DNA of 64,000 nucleotides from Eledone cirrhosa (taxonomy: Eukaryota). Both the position numbers and the translations under genes were made by a program. Under the pieces are notes generated by a model. It saw only the letters and a program-made list of their open reading frames with translations, made no database searches and had not been told where the DNA came from. Where the stretch lies: assembly GCA_964016885.1 (NCBI GenBank), contig OZ024740.1, positions 26,288,001 to 26,352,000 on the forward strand, written 5' to 3'. Below are positions 53,195 through 64,000 of the stretch, piece by piece (the stretch's first letter is position 1; each line of letters starts with the position of its first letter).

Positions 53195-53499
53195 ATATAC
53201 AAATATATATCGTGTGTGTTCAAAGAAATATATAAAACATCATTCAAATAGATATATATATATATATGGGGCACCCTATATATATATATATATACATATA
53301 TATCACTCTACCCCCGATCCCCTCCCCCTCCGCATCCTCCTCCTCCCCCATCTCTCTCTCCTACCGCACCTTATCATATTCCTGTTCCAATGTTCCAACT
53401 GTTTCACGTTTATCAGACTTTCATATCGAATGGAAGCTGTATTTATTTATTTACTTCCTTATTACTACTCTTTCTTCCATGAAATTATCATCATCATCG

Positions 53500-53845
53500 C
53501 TCTTCTTCTTCTTCTTCTTCTTCTTCTTCTTCTTCTTCTTCTTCTTCTTCTTCTTCTTCTTCTTCTTCTTCTTCTTCTTCTTCTTCTCATTATTATTACT
53601 ATTATCATCATCACCACCACCTTCACCACCACCACCACCACCACCACCACCACCACCAACACCACCACCACCACCATCAACCATCATCAAAACCACTACC
53701 ATCACCACTACCAGCACCACAACCCCCATACCCCCCCATCATCACCCCCCATCATCACCCCCCATCATCACCCCCCTCCATCATCACCACCACCACATCC
53801 CCCCCCCTCCCACCAACACCACCATCATCATCACCACCACCACTG
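53500..53845. repeat. (CTT)n, (CCA)n and (CAT)n simple repeats
   Basis: Direct reading of the sequence. Confidence 0.9.
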
Positions 53846-54232
53846 TCGTTATTACCATTATTGTTGCTGTTACTGTTATCGTTATCCAGTTATTTCTTCA
53901 AGCTGTGTTCCATTCTTATTGGACCTTTCTCGGAATGTTCTTCCTATTTGATACTATCATTCTAGAATTTTCTTTGAAATACTGTTCTTCTTGTTGTTGG
54001 AGTTCTCCACTTCTTTATCAATTGTTCTTTTATTCTTTATTTTACATGGTTTTGTCTCTCTGTTATTTACAGGAATTTGTCAAGGGTTTTTCAATCTGTT
54101 TTTCTTTGCTTAATTTTGATGGTTCTATTCTTATGCTACTACTACTGCTGTTGGTGCTGTTGTTGTTGTTGATGGTGTTGCTGTTGTTCTTGCTCTTGTT
54201 GTTGCTGCTACTACTACTGCTGTTGCTGTTGC

Positions 54233-54264
<32 letters not shown>

Positions 54265-54381
54265 CTACTGCTACTGCTGCTTCTTCTACTTTCTTATATC
54301 TATATTCTTCATATATTTCCTCACACTATACACACTCACACATGCACATATATTATACACACATACACATATATATATACA

Positions 54382-54441
<60 letters not shown>

Positions 54442-54444
<3 letters not shown>

Positions 54445-54808
54445 CGAAGGAAGTGTGGGAAGGAACCAGGTGGACCATAACGCACCAGAGTACTCGATAC
54501 TTAGGGTAGTATAGTGGGTAATAGGAAAAGAGTGAGGTCCCCGACATCTGTCGAAACGGCCGGAGTTCAGCCGTTGGGCTTCTGACTCTTTTTCTCTCTC
54601 GCTATATATATATAATATATATATAGGAACATGTTCAAGACCGTGATGGCAGAGCTCAAGCCGTTTCGACGGGTATTTCTTGCAGTAGAGAAACGGCTTG
54701 AGCTCTGTCGTTGGGGTCTTGAACATTTTCCTATTACCCACTCTACTACCCAAAATATTGAGTACTCTGGAGCGTTATGGTCCACCTGGTTCCCTAACAC
54801 ACTTACTT

Positions 54809-54812
<4 letters not shown>
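54442..54812. mobile_element. Two fold-back family I pieces
   Basis: 54442-~54590 and 54623-54812, separated and flanked by (TA)n. Confidence 0.75.
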
Positions 54813-54853
<41 letters not shown>

Positions 54854-54977
54854 GTAGGAGGTGAGTTTTATTGTAGCACAATAAAGCAATGCAAATATCG
54901 GATATGTAGCACTCTACAGTCTGTAGGACTGGAGTATAAATAATATAAGATAAAAAGATGGTTAAAAGAGTTCCAAG

Positions 54978-55048
54978 TATTTTATTATGCGCATTTCAAA
55001 AACAAATATCATCATGAGATGATATCTGAGTTTTCATCTGATAAAATA
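54978..55048 (-). ncRNA. Type I hammerhead motif, U4A core variant (family O)
   Basis: Minus strand reads tattttat CAGATGA aaact-cagatatcatc-tcat-gatgatatttg-ttttt GAAA tgcgca TA ataaaata. Palindromic AUGCGCAU. Confidence 0.75.
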
Positions 55049-55670
55049 GGGATACATGATATGAAGGTTAAAAAACACTTGTGGATAGTGAAGTTTTAAA
55101 TCAACATATGTTGATTTAAAACTTCATATTTTTATCCTTTACTGTAGAGCTGATCTTTAATCCCGCATAAGCGGCTGTTATTTCTAGCACCGTGAATGCG
55201 AGACGGCTAGTTTGGCCTGGCTACACACGTGTAGTCAGACCTGCAACATTTTTGATGTGAGATGTACTAATTTTACTGGATTCCTGTTGATAAGCACAGA
55301 AGATTTATAATTTCACTTTTTTATTTCTATTCCATTTCGATTCTCTTTATTTTTCAATTCACATACCACCGTTGCGAAACGGATTTAGGTTTCGAGGTTC
55401 AAATTCGTCTACAGAACAGGTTTGGATTTTGAAATTTAAATCTGTCCAGGAATCATGGCCGTTGCCAATATAAGCTTGTCTTTATTGACTTATATCGAGA
55501 CAGACAAATTGTATTCACTTTTATTAGTTTATTTCATTAATAGCTAACTTTGTCTGTTGCAACGTAAACACGTTTCGTGTTTATCATATATTTTAATGTA
55601 TTTAACTGCTCGGAAAAGCCCCTTTTCCTGGAGCTTAATTATTGTAAACGACTGAGAGTTTATTCTCAAA

Positions 55671-55702
<32 letters not shown>

Positions 55703-55807
55703 CGAATATACGAAATACAAATAAAATATAGAGTTATTAACTCATATAGGTACTACCCTGCAATTAAAACAACCTCAAAGTATAAATACCGAGCATTATA
55801 TAGTAAA

Positions 55808-55998
55808 GGGCGGTGATTGGCAGTATCGGTAGAGTGTCGGACGCCATGCTTTGATGCATAAAGTTACGGCCCTTGCCATTCTGAGTTCAAATCCCGCCGA
55901 GGTTAACTTTGCCTTTCATCCTTACGGGGTCGATAAAATAAAGTACCAGTAATGTACTGTGATAATTGCTGGCCTTGTGCCAAAAGTAGAAACAATTA
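55808..55998 (+). mobile_element. SINE S1
   Basis: Full length, from ggcggtgattggcagtatcgg to ccaaaagtagaaacaatt. Confidence 0.88.
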
Positions 55999-56217
55999 TA
56001 TAGTAATATATATATATAATTGTAGTGTACCAATATGAGTTAATAACTCTATATTTTATTTGTATTTCGGCTCCTTGAATGGGTGAGCTTATAAACTGAG
56101 AGGGATAAGGCTATTATTTCTAGCATAACTACTCATACCACGTATAGCATGCAGACCACGAGGAACATATCTTTGGTCCTCAAATTGCTGTTAGAGGTAT
56201 TTTGTTTCATTTGATCT

Positions 56218-56307
56218 ATCTCTCGCTGATGATAGCCTACAGATTATCTGTTACAAACACACTTTTTCAGGGCGAAACAGATCGTGTCTAAAATCTGTCC
56301 GAGAGAT
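56218..56307 (+). ncRNA. Canonical-core type I hammerhead ribozyme (family K)
   Basis: atctctcg CTGATGA ta-gcct..gggc GAAA cagat-cgtgtctaaa-atctg TC cgagagat. Perfect 8-bp helix I and 5-bp helix III plus A-U, GUC site. Confidence 0.9.
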
Positions 56308-56454
56308 GATATGTTTCTGATACGGTCAGTATAACATTAATATATCATACTGTATGGTTAAGATTACATTTTAAAAATATTAGTGGTATCTTATACCTTC
56401 GTAATTTTAGACACGAAATTTACTGTGTTTATTTATACATATATATTACCATAT

Positions 56455-56842
56455 AATTGTTTCTACTTTAGGCACAAGGCCAGCAATTAGCCAGTTCATT
56501 ACTGGTACTTTATTTTATCGACCCCGTAAGGATGAAAGGCAAAGTCAACCTCGGCGGGATTTGAACTCAGATCGTAAAGGGACGTAACTATGCTGGAAAG
56601 CATGGCGTCCGACCCTCTACCGATACTGACAATCCACCGCCCTATATTACTATATAAGTATTTCTACTTTTGGCACAAGGCCAGCAATTATTCCAGTATA
56701 TTACTGGTACTTTATTTTATCGACCCCGTAAGGATGAAAGGCAAAGTTAACCTCGGCGGGATTCGAACTCAGATCGTAAAGGGACATAACTATGCTGGAA
56801 AGCATGTCCGACACTCTACCGATACTGCCAATTCACCGCCCT
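56455..56842 (-). mobile_element. Two tandem SINE S1 copies
   Basis: 56455-56642 and ~56660-56842. Confidence 0.88.
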
Positions 56843-56940
56843 TATAATTACTATATAATGCTCGGTATTTATACTTTGAGCTTGTTTTAATTGCAGGGTA
56901 CCTATATGAGTTAATAACTCTATATTTTATTTATATATAT

Positions 56941-57110
56941 ATCAATGATATTAATAAATGGAAACTATATTTATAAAACCATATTTATTCTATCATATAT
57001 ATTTCAAGGGTACCAAAACTTTGGTACGCACTCATCAGAAAAAATACAAAGTTTGTTTTATAAATACTGACATATCCAAGAACGAGATCTTAACGGTTCA
57101 AGTTTTACCT
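56941..57110 (-). mobile_element. Family A copy (HHR-like motif ~56985-57045)
   Basis: Minus strand reads CTGATGA gtgcgtaccaaa..tttggtaccctt GAAA tatata TG. Confidence 0.7.
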
Positions 57111-57740
57111 GGATAGTAAAAGGAAAAAGGGGAAAGGGAGGAAAAATCAAATATTTCAAATTATTCAGATGAATATGCAAATGAGGTTGAGGCCTGAAAA
57201 AACGTTATTTTTAGACGCTAGGTAGATTTAAATAATTATTAGGATACATAGATGTATGTGTAGGAAGAAGAAAGAGAAAGAAAGAAAAGCTTGTATTTAT
57301 ATTACTACAATGTACATGAATTTAGAAAGATTGAAATGTTAAGGATTAAAAGTTTGTTGGAGTGGTGGAACATGATTACAGAGTTTAAAAAATATTTAGC
57401 TAAATTATGAGTTATAATATTATATATATAATCAATTAGATTATATGAAGAATTATGGTTGCATGACATTTTATCTTATTATATTGCAACAGGTTGAAAG
57501 TATATAAATATCTATATAGATTAATAAGTGTATAAATATAAATATTATTGGTGATTATATAGATATAAAACACACGTAATAATTTGTTTATATATCTAAT
57601 ATGAGTTACGAAGGATGTTGATTTTACATTTTACATATATATTTAAGAAAAAGGCGTAGTCAAATTATAAGAGAAGAACAATTTGTAGACTCAAATATTT
57701 TCATCCCACATTGAAAATATTTTCAGAACATTATTATATT

Positions 57741-58105
57741 GAATTGGCAGTATTGGTAGAGAGTCAGACATGCTTTCCAGCGTAGTTACATCCCTTTACG
57801 ATCTGAGTTCATATCCCGCCGAGGTTAACTTTGCCTTTCATCCTTACGGTGTCGATAAAATAAAGTACCAGTAATGTACTGAGTAATTTCTGGCCTTGTG
57901 CCAAAGGTAGAAACAATTATTATATTTCAGTATCCGTAGAGGGTCGGACGTCATGCTTTGACTCATAGAGTTACGGCTCTTTCCATTCTGAGTTCAAATC
58001 CCGCCGAAGTCAACTTTGACTTTCATCCTTACGGGGTCGATAAAAATAACGAACCAGTAATGTACTGGGTAATTGTTGGCCTTGTGCCAAAAGTAGAAAC
58101 AATTA
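57741..58105 (+). mobile_element. Two tandem SINE S1 copies
   Basis: 57741-57919 and ~57925-58105. Confidence 0.88.
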
Positions 58106-58921
58106 TTATATTTAGCGAAATTACATAATTTATCATACAAGTTATTATGTCTATGTTTGCTCAATTGTAAAGGAAAAGATAACTCCAATATTATTTGTTA
58201 AACTATTAGATTTGATGAATAATTTTCTTAGAACATGCGGAAATTATGTAGAGAAAAGTATATATTATTTTGTGTGAGATTATAAGGTATTTTATATTAC
58301 ATGTTTTCAAAGATGAGAATTTCAATTATATGTGTATTTGGATATTATCTCCGTCGAAAGATGTGTGAAAAGTTTGAAGGTTAAAGATAGGAAAAATGTA
58401 TTATTATATAAGTCGAGAGTGCATTTAGAATAATTATCGTAAAGAGGATATCTTTCAGAATATCAATTAAAGAGTATCAATCTAAAAATATATATATAAG
58501 TCTAAAAAGTAGATTAAGAAGAGTATCATTAGGAAAAGAATTGGTAAAAATACTAAATTTAAGAAGAAAGGTCATTTAAAAAAATCTTAATTATAAAAAA
58601 GAACCTCAGTAAATAACTTGATCATTTTAAATGTGTATAAGATGAGGTCAAGTGTAATGAATATTATAGATTAAAAATACTTCGGAAAGTGGATGTTTGG
58701 CAATGTCTGCAAAAATTAAATATTTCGCTTTTAAATTAATAGAATTTTGACAGTTAATTATATAAAAAATGTCCTCGATATGCAAATGACAGATTCTTGA
58801 GAAAGCCATATTTCCGTATGCAGGTGCTTTCGAAATCGTTCCCCAAGATATTGAATAGTCTATATTATTGTCCTTTAAATAACAAATTAAATGTGAAAGT
58901 GAAGTGGAATATCCCTTTGCT

Positions 58922-59001
<80 letters not shown>

Positions 59002-59287
59002 CATACATATTTATATATATAATATCAAGGGAAAGCGAATAAAGAAAAAATGGGAATTTGAAACCGCGGTAAAGGCACATATAGTAAGTACAGTGATATT
59101 TTTGAAATTTATTCAAAATGTGTTTCTTTCTTTGCTTTCCCTTGATTTTATATGTTCTGGCTTGGTAATTTATTAACTTACCATTGAACCTCACTTGCAT
59201 ACGGTCGGACTATACTTGTATCCATCCTATGTGTATTATTTACATGTAGGAACACATACTTTTATTATTATTATATATATATATATA

Positions 59288-59559
59288 TAAGCAAAAGGGA
59301 TATTCAATTTGTTGGTCATTCAACAAATATAAATATTTATAACTGATTCAAAGCACTCGACAGGTTGTCTGGAGTATAATATTCAATGATATTAAATAAA
59401 TGGAAACTATCCAGAAAAAAACTTGAACCGTTAAGTTCTTCTTTCTTGGTTATGTCTATATTTATAAAACGAACTTTGTATTTCATCTGATGAGGGCGTA
59501 CCAACATTTTGGTACTCTTGAAATATATATTATAGTTTCCATTTATTACATATCATTGA

Positions 59560-59562
<3 letters not shown>
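59288..59562. mobile_element. Family A insertion with inverted tail
   Basis: 59288-59410 (-) joined to 59411-59562 (+). CTGATGA gggcgtacca..tggtactctt GAAA tatata TT at 59487-59531. Confidence 0.72.
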
Positions 59563-59599
<37 letters not shown>

Positions 59600-59677
59600 C
59601 GAGAGATGGTCATATATTGTTAGAGAAACACAGTATTTAATACATATGTAAATTTTAGAAGGTGGAGCAAGATCTTC

Positions 59678-59803
59678 ATTCCTTATGGTACCATTTCATG
59701 TTTCAAAAACCATAATGAAAATGGATCTAAACAATCGATCACCGATCACCAATTATCGATGTTTTTAAAGCTACGGGAGACGTGAATCTATCATCGGAGG
59801 AAT
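59678..59803 (-). ncRNA. Type I hammerhead motif, U4C variant with long helix II insert (family J)
   Basis: Minus strand reads attcct CCGATGA..(~90 nt).. GAAA tggtacca TA aggaat. Palindromic AUGGUACCAU. The base of helix II pairs poorly. Confidence 0.6.
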
Positions 59804-59839
59804 TCGGCTAGGTATATATCTCTATATCTATCTATCTAT

Positions 59840-59956
<117 letters not shown>

Positions 59957-60725
59957 ATAATAATAAATTTGAAGACTAAAATTCTAAAGGACTCGATAAG
60001 GATAAATATATATCAAATATATAAGAACCGTAGAGCAAATATTTATTAAAATAACAGATTAAAGTTTAAGCAAAGAATCGCTGCTTTCACCCTTAACATA
60101 TATTTATATATATATATATAGTGTGTGTATATATGTGTGTGTTTGTGTGTCTGTGTCTGTGTATTTAGAATTTGATGTCATTTTAGCCCCAAAGGAACAG
60201 AAGTCGATACATCAGGAATGTTCTGATCAACACTTACTGACACACGAGAAGAATTCGTTGTCCCAGTGTAGCGACTATTAATTTTGAAAGAGCTTTGTAC
60301 AGAAAGCCTAGACAATTTATAGGTATTGGATACAGAATACCGATAACAAATGTCAATGGAGACTTCCTCTACCTTGACTGTCAATGGCTGCTGTCTCAAT
60401 ACTGCACATTACACTAAGTGCATTCCTTTCAAAATGTTTAAACCTTTTAATAAAGGTTTTACATAAACTTTCGAAGTTCATTCCTTTCTCGGTCTTTTCT
60501 TGGAGTTGAAATTGTCATTAGTCATTTTTATTGTTGGCTTTTTGATAATGGACAGTTTGGATAATAGAAACGTTGCGTTATAAAAGGTGATATCCTTATT
60601 ACAGAATTGTTAAACATTTACTTCACCTTACTTGGGCAAGTAATAACCTAACGTAGAGTATTTCTCGCATTCACTATCTGTGTGTCTGATTGTTTCGTTT
60701 TTATTTCATTATTAAAAAGGCTTGG

Positions 60726-60856
60726 ATTGGCAGTATCGGTGGAGCGTCGGGCAACATGTTTTATGGCATAGGAATACGCCCCTTTACCTTCTAAGCTCAA
60801 ATTCTGCCGAGGCTAGCTTTGCTTTTCATCCTTACCAAGTCGATAAAATAAGGTAG
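60726..60856 (+). mobile_element. Diverged SINE S1
   Basis: gattggcagtatcgg..tttgcttttcatcctt..gtcgataaaataa. Confidence 0.7.
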
Positions 60857-62139
60857 CAGGAGACCAACATCAAAGAAGAAAGCTGTCCCCCACTTAACTA
60901 CCAACTGACCAACTACACACTTGTATCGGAGACTGCGGCTCCAGGATTGGCCTCTAGAGCCACCTCAGGGTGTGCCACCCCGCAAACAGGACAACAATTC
61001 TTGTCACTGATATTCGCAAGCGAAGAATTCGCCATTTTCTATGCTGTTCAGTCACACTGTCTCCTTGTATTAACTGCAATAACAACTCGACATAGAATCA
61101 CACATTTGCCTTTCCGATTTAACAGAATTATTGCGTGCGTACTCTCGGGTCACAAATAATAGGGTGGTTGGTTTTAGCGGGGGTGAGGGTTAATAAATGG
61201 GTCTGGTGGTGAGATAACAGTAATTGTGTATTGTACTTTCGTAAATATGGGATTTCTTGTAATGATTTTTTGTTGTCATATATAATGTTAGTATATTTTG
61301 AATACAAAATAAAACCTTTATTAGATTCTCCATCTGCTGTATCAATATGAATCACTTGCAGTAACATTTCGCCGGAGATAGATTAGCAAAATTTAATAAG
61401 CGGCGTGGTTAGAAAAATTCTGAAAAATTAATAAGCCGTGGAGGATGATCATTCAATACCTGAGAGTACGTGTATCTCTTTGTATGAATTAATATCTTGT
61501 TATATTAATTTGGTATCGCTTCATATTGTTATATTCTTTCTTCTCGTATTGCAGAAATCAAAATAAACCACAACCATCATAATGTCCACAGTTACCCACG
61601 TGATACATAAGGTTTACATCTTTCAAATCTATATTGAAATATGTGTATTATAGTTGAAGTTAGGTCTACTCTCTGCCTAACGATATTCAAACTTGGTGTA
61701 AATAAGGAAGTTTTTAATCCGTGTATTCCTAAATATCTCTCTACTTTCGATCCAAACTCTCTTTGATTAACACATCTTCCGTCTGTTTTACCCATACTCT
61801 TCCTCTCTGTAACTTATTGATTTATATCTTATAATCTGTATATCTATTTCTCTATCATTCTCCAGCACTTCAATAACTTTCTTCGCTATATTGATATCAC
61901 CCATTCTGTGTTAAGACCATTACATATTATTAGTGATATTCTTAAAAACTAAGAAGCCATGTATAATTCATTAATATTTAAATCATATCACATCTATCTA
62001 CAATAATATCCAACTGTCTATCTAATTCTACATTTTATTTTCTTACTTTCTTCTTACGCTTACATCTCAGTATATTGTATATCCGGACATTTAAAATATT
62101 CCTTCACCATTAGTCCTTCTCTATTTCTTGTGCATATAA

Positions 62140-63311
62140 CTGTAGCTGAGTGGTTTAGAAGTTCACTTCGCAATTATGTTTTTTCCTTGATTCATCTCAC
62201 TGTCTGACAACTTGTGCCAGTCTACTTGTTATAGCTCCAGATAATCCTAAGCTTTGAGAGTGAGTCTACTTGTTATAGCTCCAGATAACCCTAAGCTTTG
62301 AGAGTGAGTCTTCATGTTATAGCTCCAGATAATCCTAAGCTTTGAGAGTGAGTCTACTTGTTATAGCTCCAGATAACCCTAAGCTTTGAGAGTGAGTCTT
62401 CATGTTATAGTTCCAGATAATCCTAAGCTTTGAGAGTGAGTCTACTTGTTATAGCTCCAGATAATCCTAAGCTTTGAGAGTGAGTCTACTTGTTATAGCT
62501 CCAGATAATCCTAAGCTTTGAGAGTGAGTCTACTTGTTATAGTTCCAGATAATCCTAAGCTTTGAGAGTGAGTCTACTTGTTATAGCTCCAGATAACCCT
62601 AAGCTTTGAGAGTGAGTCTACTTGTTATAACTCCAGATAACCCTAAGCTTTGAGAGTGAGTCTACTTGTTATAGCTCCAGATAATCCTAAGCTTTGAGAG
62701 TGAGTCTACTTGTTATAGCTCCAGATAACCCTAAGCTTTGAGAGTGAGTCTTCATGTTATAGCTCCAGATAATCCTAAGCTTTGAGAGTGAGTCTACTTG
62801 TTATAGCTCCAGATAACCCTAAGCTTTGAGAGTGAGTCTTCATGTTATAGTTCCAGATAATCCTAAGCTTTGAGAGTGAGTCTACTTGTTATAGCTCCAG
62901 ATAATCCTAAGCTTTGAGAGTGAGTCTACTTGTTATAGCTCCAGATAATCCTAAGCTTTGAGAGTGAGTCTACCTGTTATAGTTCCAGATAATCCTAAGC
63001 TTTGAGAGTGAGTCTACTTGTTATAGCTCCAGATAACCCTAAGCTTTGAGAGTGAGTCTACTTGTTATAGCTCCAGATAATCCTAAGCTTTGAGAGTGAG
63101 TCTACTTGTTATAGCTCCAGATAACCCTAAGCTTTGAGAGTGAGTCTACTTGTTATAGCTCCAGATAACCCTAAGCTTTGAGAGTGAGTCTACTTGTTAT
63201 AGCTCCAGATAACCCTAAGCTTTGAGAGTGAGTCTACATGTTATAGTTCCAGATAATCCTAAGCTTTGAAAATGAAATCTAGTAAATTGAAACTATGTTG
63301 TAACTCGTCGA
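62140..63311 (+). mobile_element. Old tRNA-derived SINE interrupted by an internal 44-bp array
   Basis: Head gtagctgagtggtttagaagttcacttcgcaa.. before the array and tail ..gaaactatgttgtaactcgtcg after it. Both resemble an abundant Octopus SINE, from recall. Confidence 0.6.
62219..63269. repeat. 44-bp tandem array (~24 copies)
   Basis: Unit agtctacttgttatagctccagataatcctaagctttgagagtg. Confidence 0.97.
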
Positions 63312-63819
63312 ATGGAGTGTACCTGTAATACAAAAGTTCTAGACATGTCACATATTCTGTCACGTTGTTTTTGCCTGAGAATATGGTTAATGGTACACGT
63401 GTCTTTGAATATTCCGTCACTTACACGTGTCGGAAATTCAAGTAATTGCTCATTGTATAAAACAATGGTTGATATATTATTTCTTAAATATCAACATTCC
63501 ATTTAAAAAATTTAGTATGACCACAAGTTTTAGAACCCACTTGGGAAAATATTGTATTAGATCATGGAGCTGCGCAATCATTGGCCGAGCTATTGCTAAA
63601 CAACAGTAACTAAAACAACAACATAAACGTCACCTTAGAATACTACAAAAATAGCAACAACACTACTACTACTACTAGTACTACAAAACCAATGACAATC
63701 GCATCGACCCTATTCAGAATGTTATTTAAAACTTTTCTCATAGAAATATATATATATATTAATTCATATCACAAAGTTCGCTAACAAATTTTAGAATGTC
63801 ATCTCCCTTTCTCTTTCTG

Positions 63820-63896
<77 letters not shown>

Positions 63897-63897
63897 C

Positions 63898-63956
<59 letters not shown>

Positions 63957-63957
63957 C

Positions 63958-64000
<43 letters not shown>

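Noticed and set aside
57420-57740. Possible decayed PLE GIY-YIG coding remnant
   Set aside because: Only vague motif resemblance across several frameshifts in very AT-rich DNA.
60178-60399. 73-aa minus-strand ORF as a terminal exon
   Set aside because: No domain and no clear splice acceptor in frame.

Overview
Very AT-rich, microsatellite-saturated animal DNA. It is most likely cephalopod (Octopus-like), inferred from the tRNA-derived SINE families. No intact host protein-coding gene is evident, and nearly all listed ORFs are microsatellite or tandem-repeat artefacts. Recognisable content: a decayed L1/Tx1-clade LINE inserted in a (TATC)n tract; R4/Dong-like, RTE and CR1/L2-like LINE ends; about 12 copies of one SINE; four satellite arrays, three of which grew from inside retroelements. 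The main signal is a dense set of type I hammerhead ribozyme (HHR) motifs read by eye on both strands: about 15 sequence-unrelated families and about 30 copies. Most have a short palindromic helix III and sit in short non-coding elements inserted into (TA)n tracts as tandem or inverted (tail-to-tail) copies. One element still carries a Penelope-type GIY-YIG C-terminus, and a 590-bp family looks like a retrozyme (tandem HHR monomers). All folds are manual predictions, and none has been tested for cleavage.
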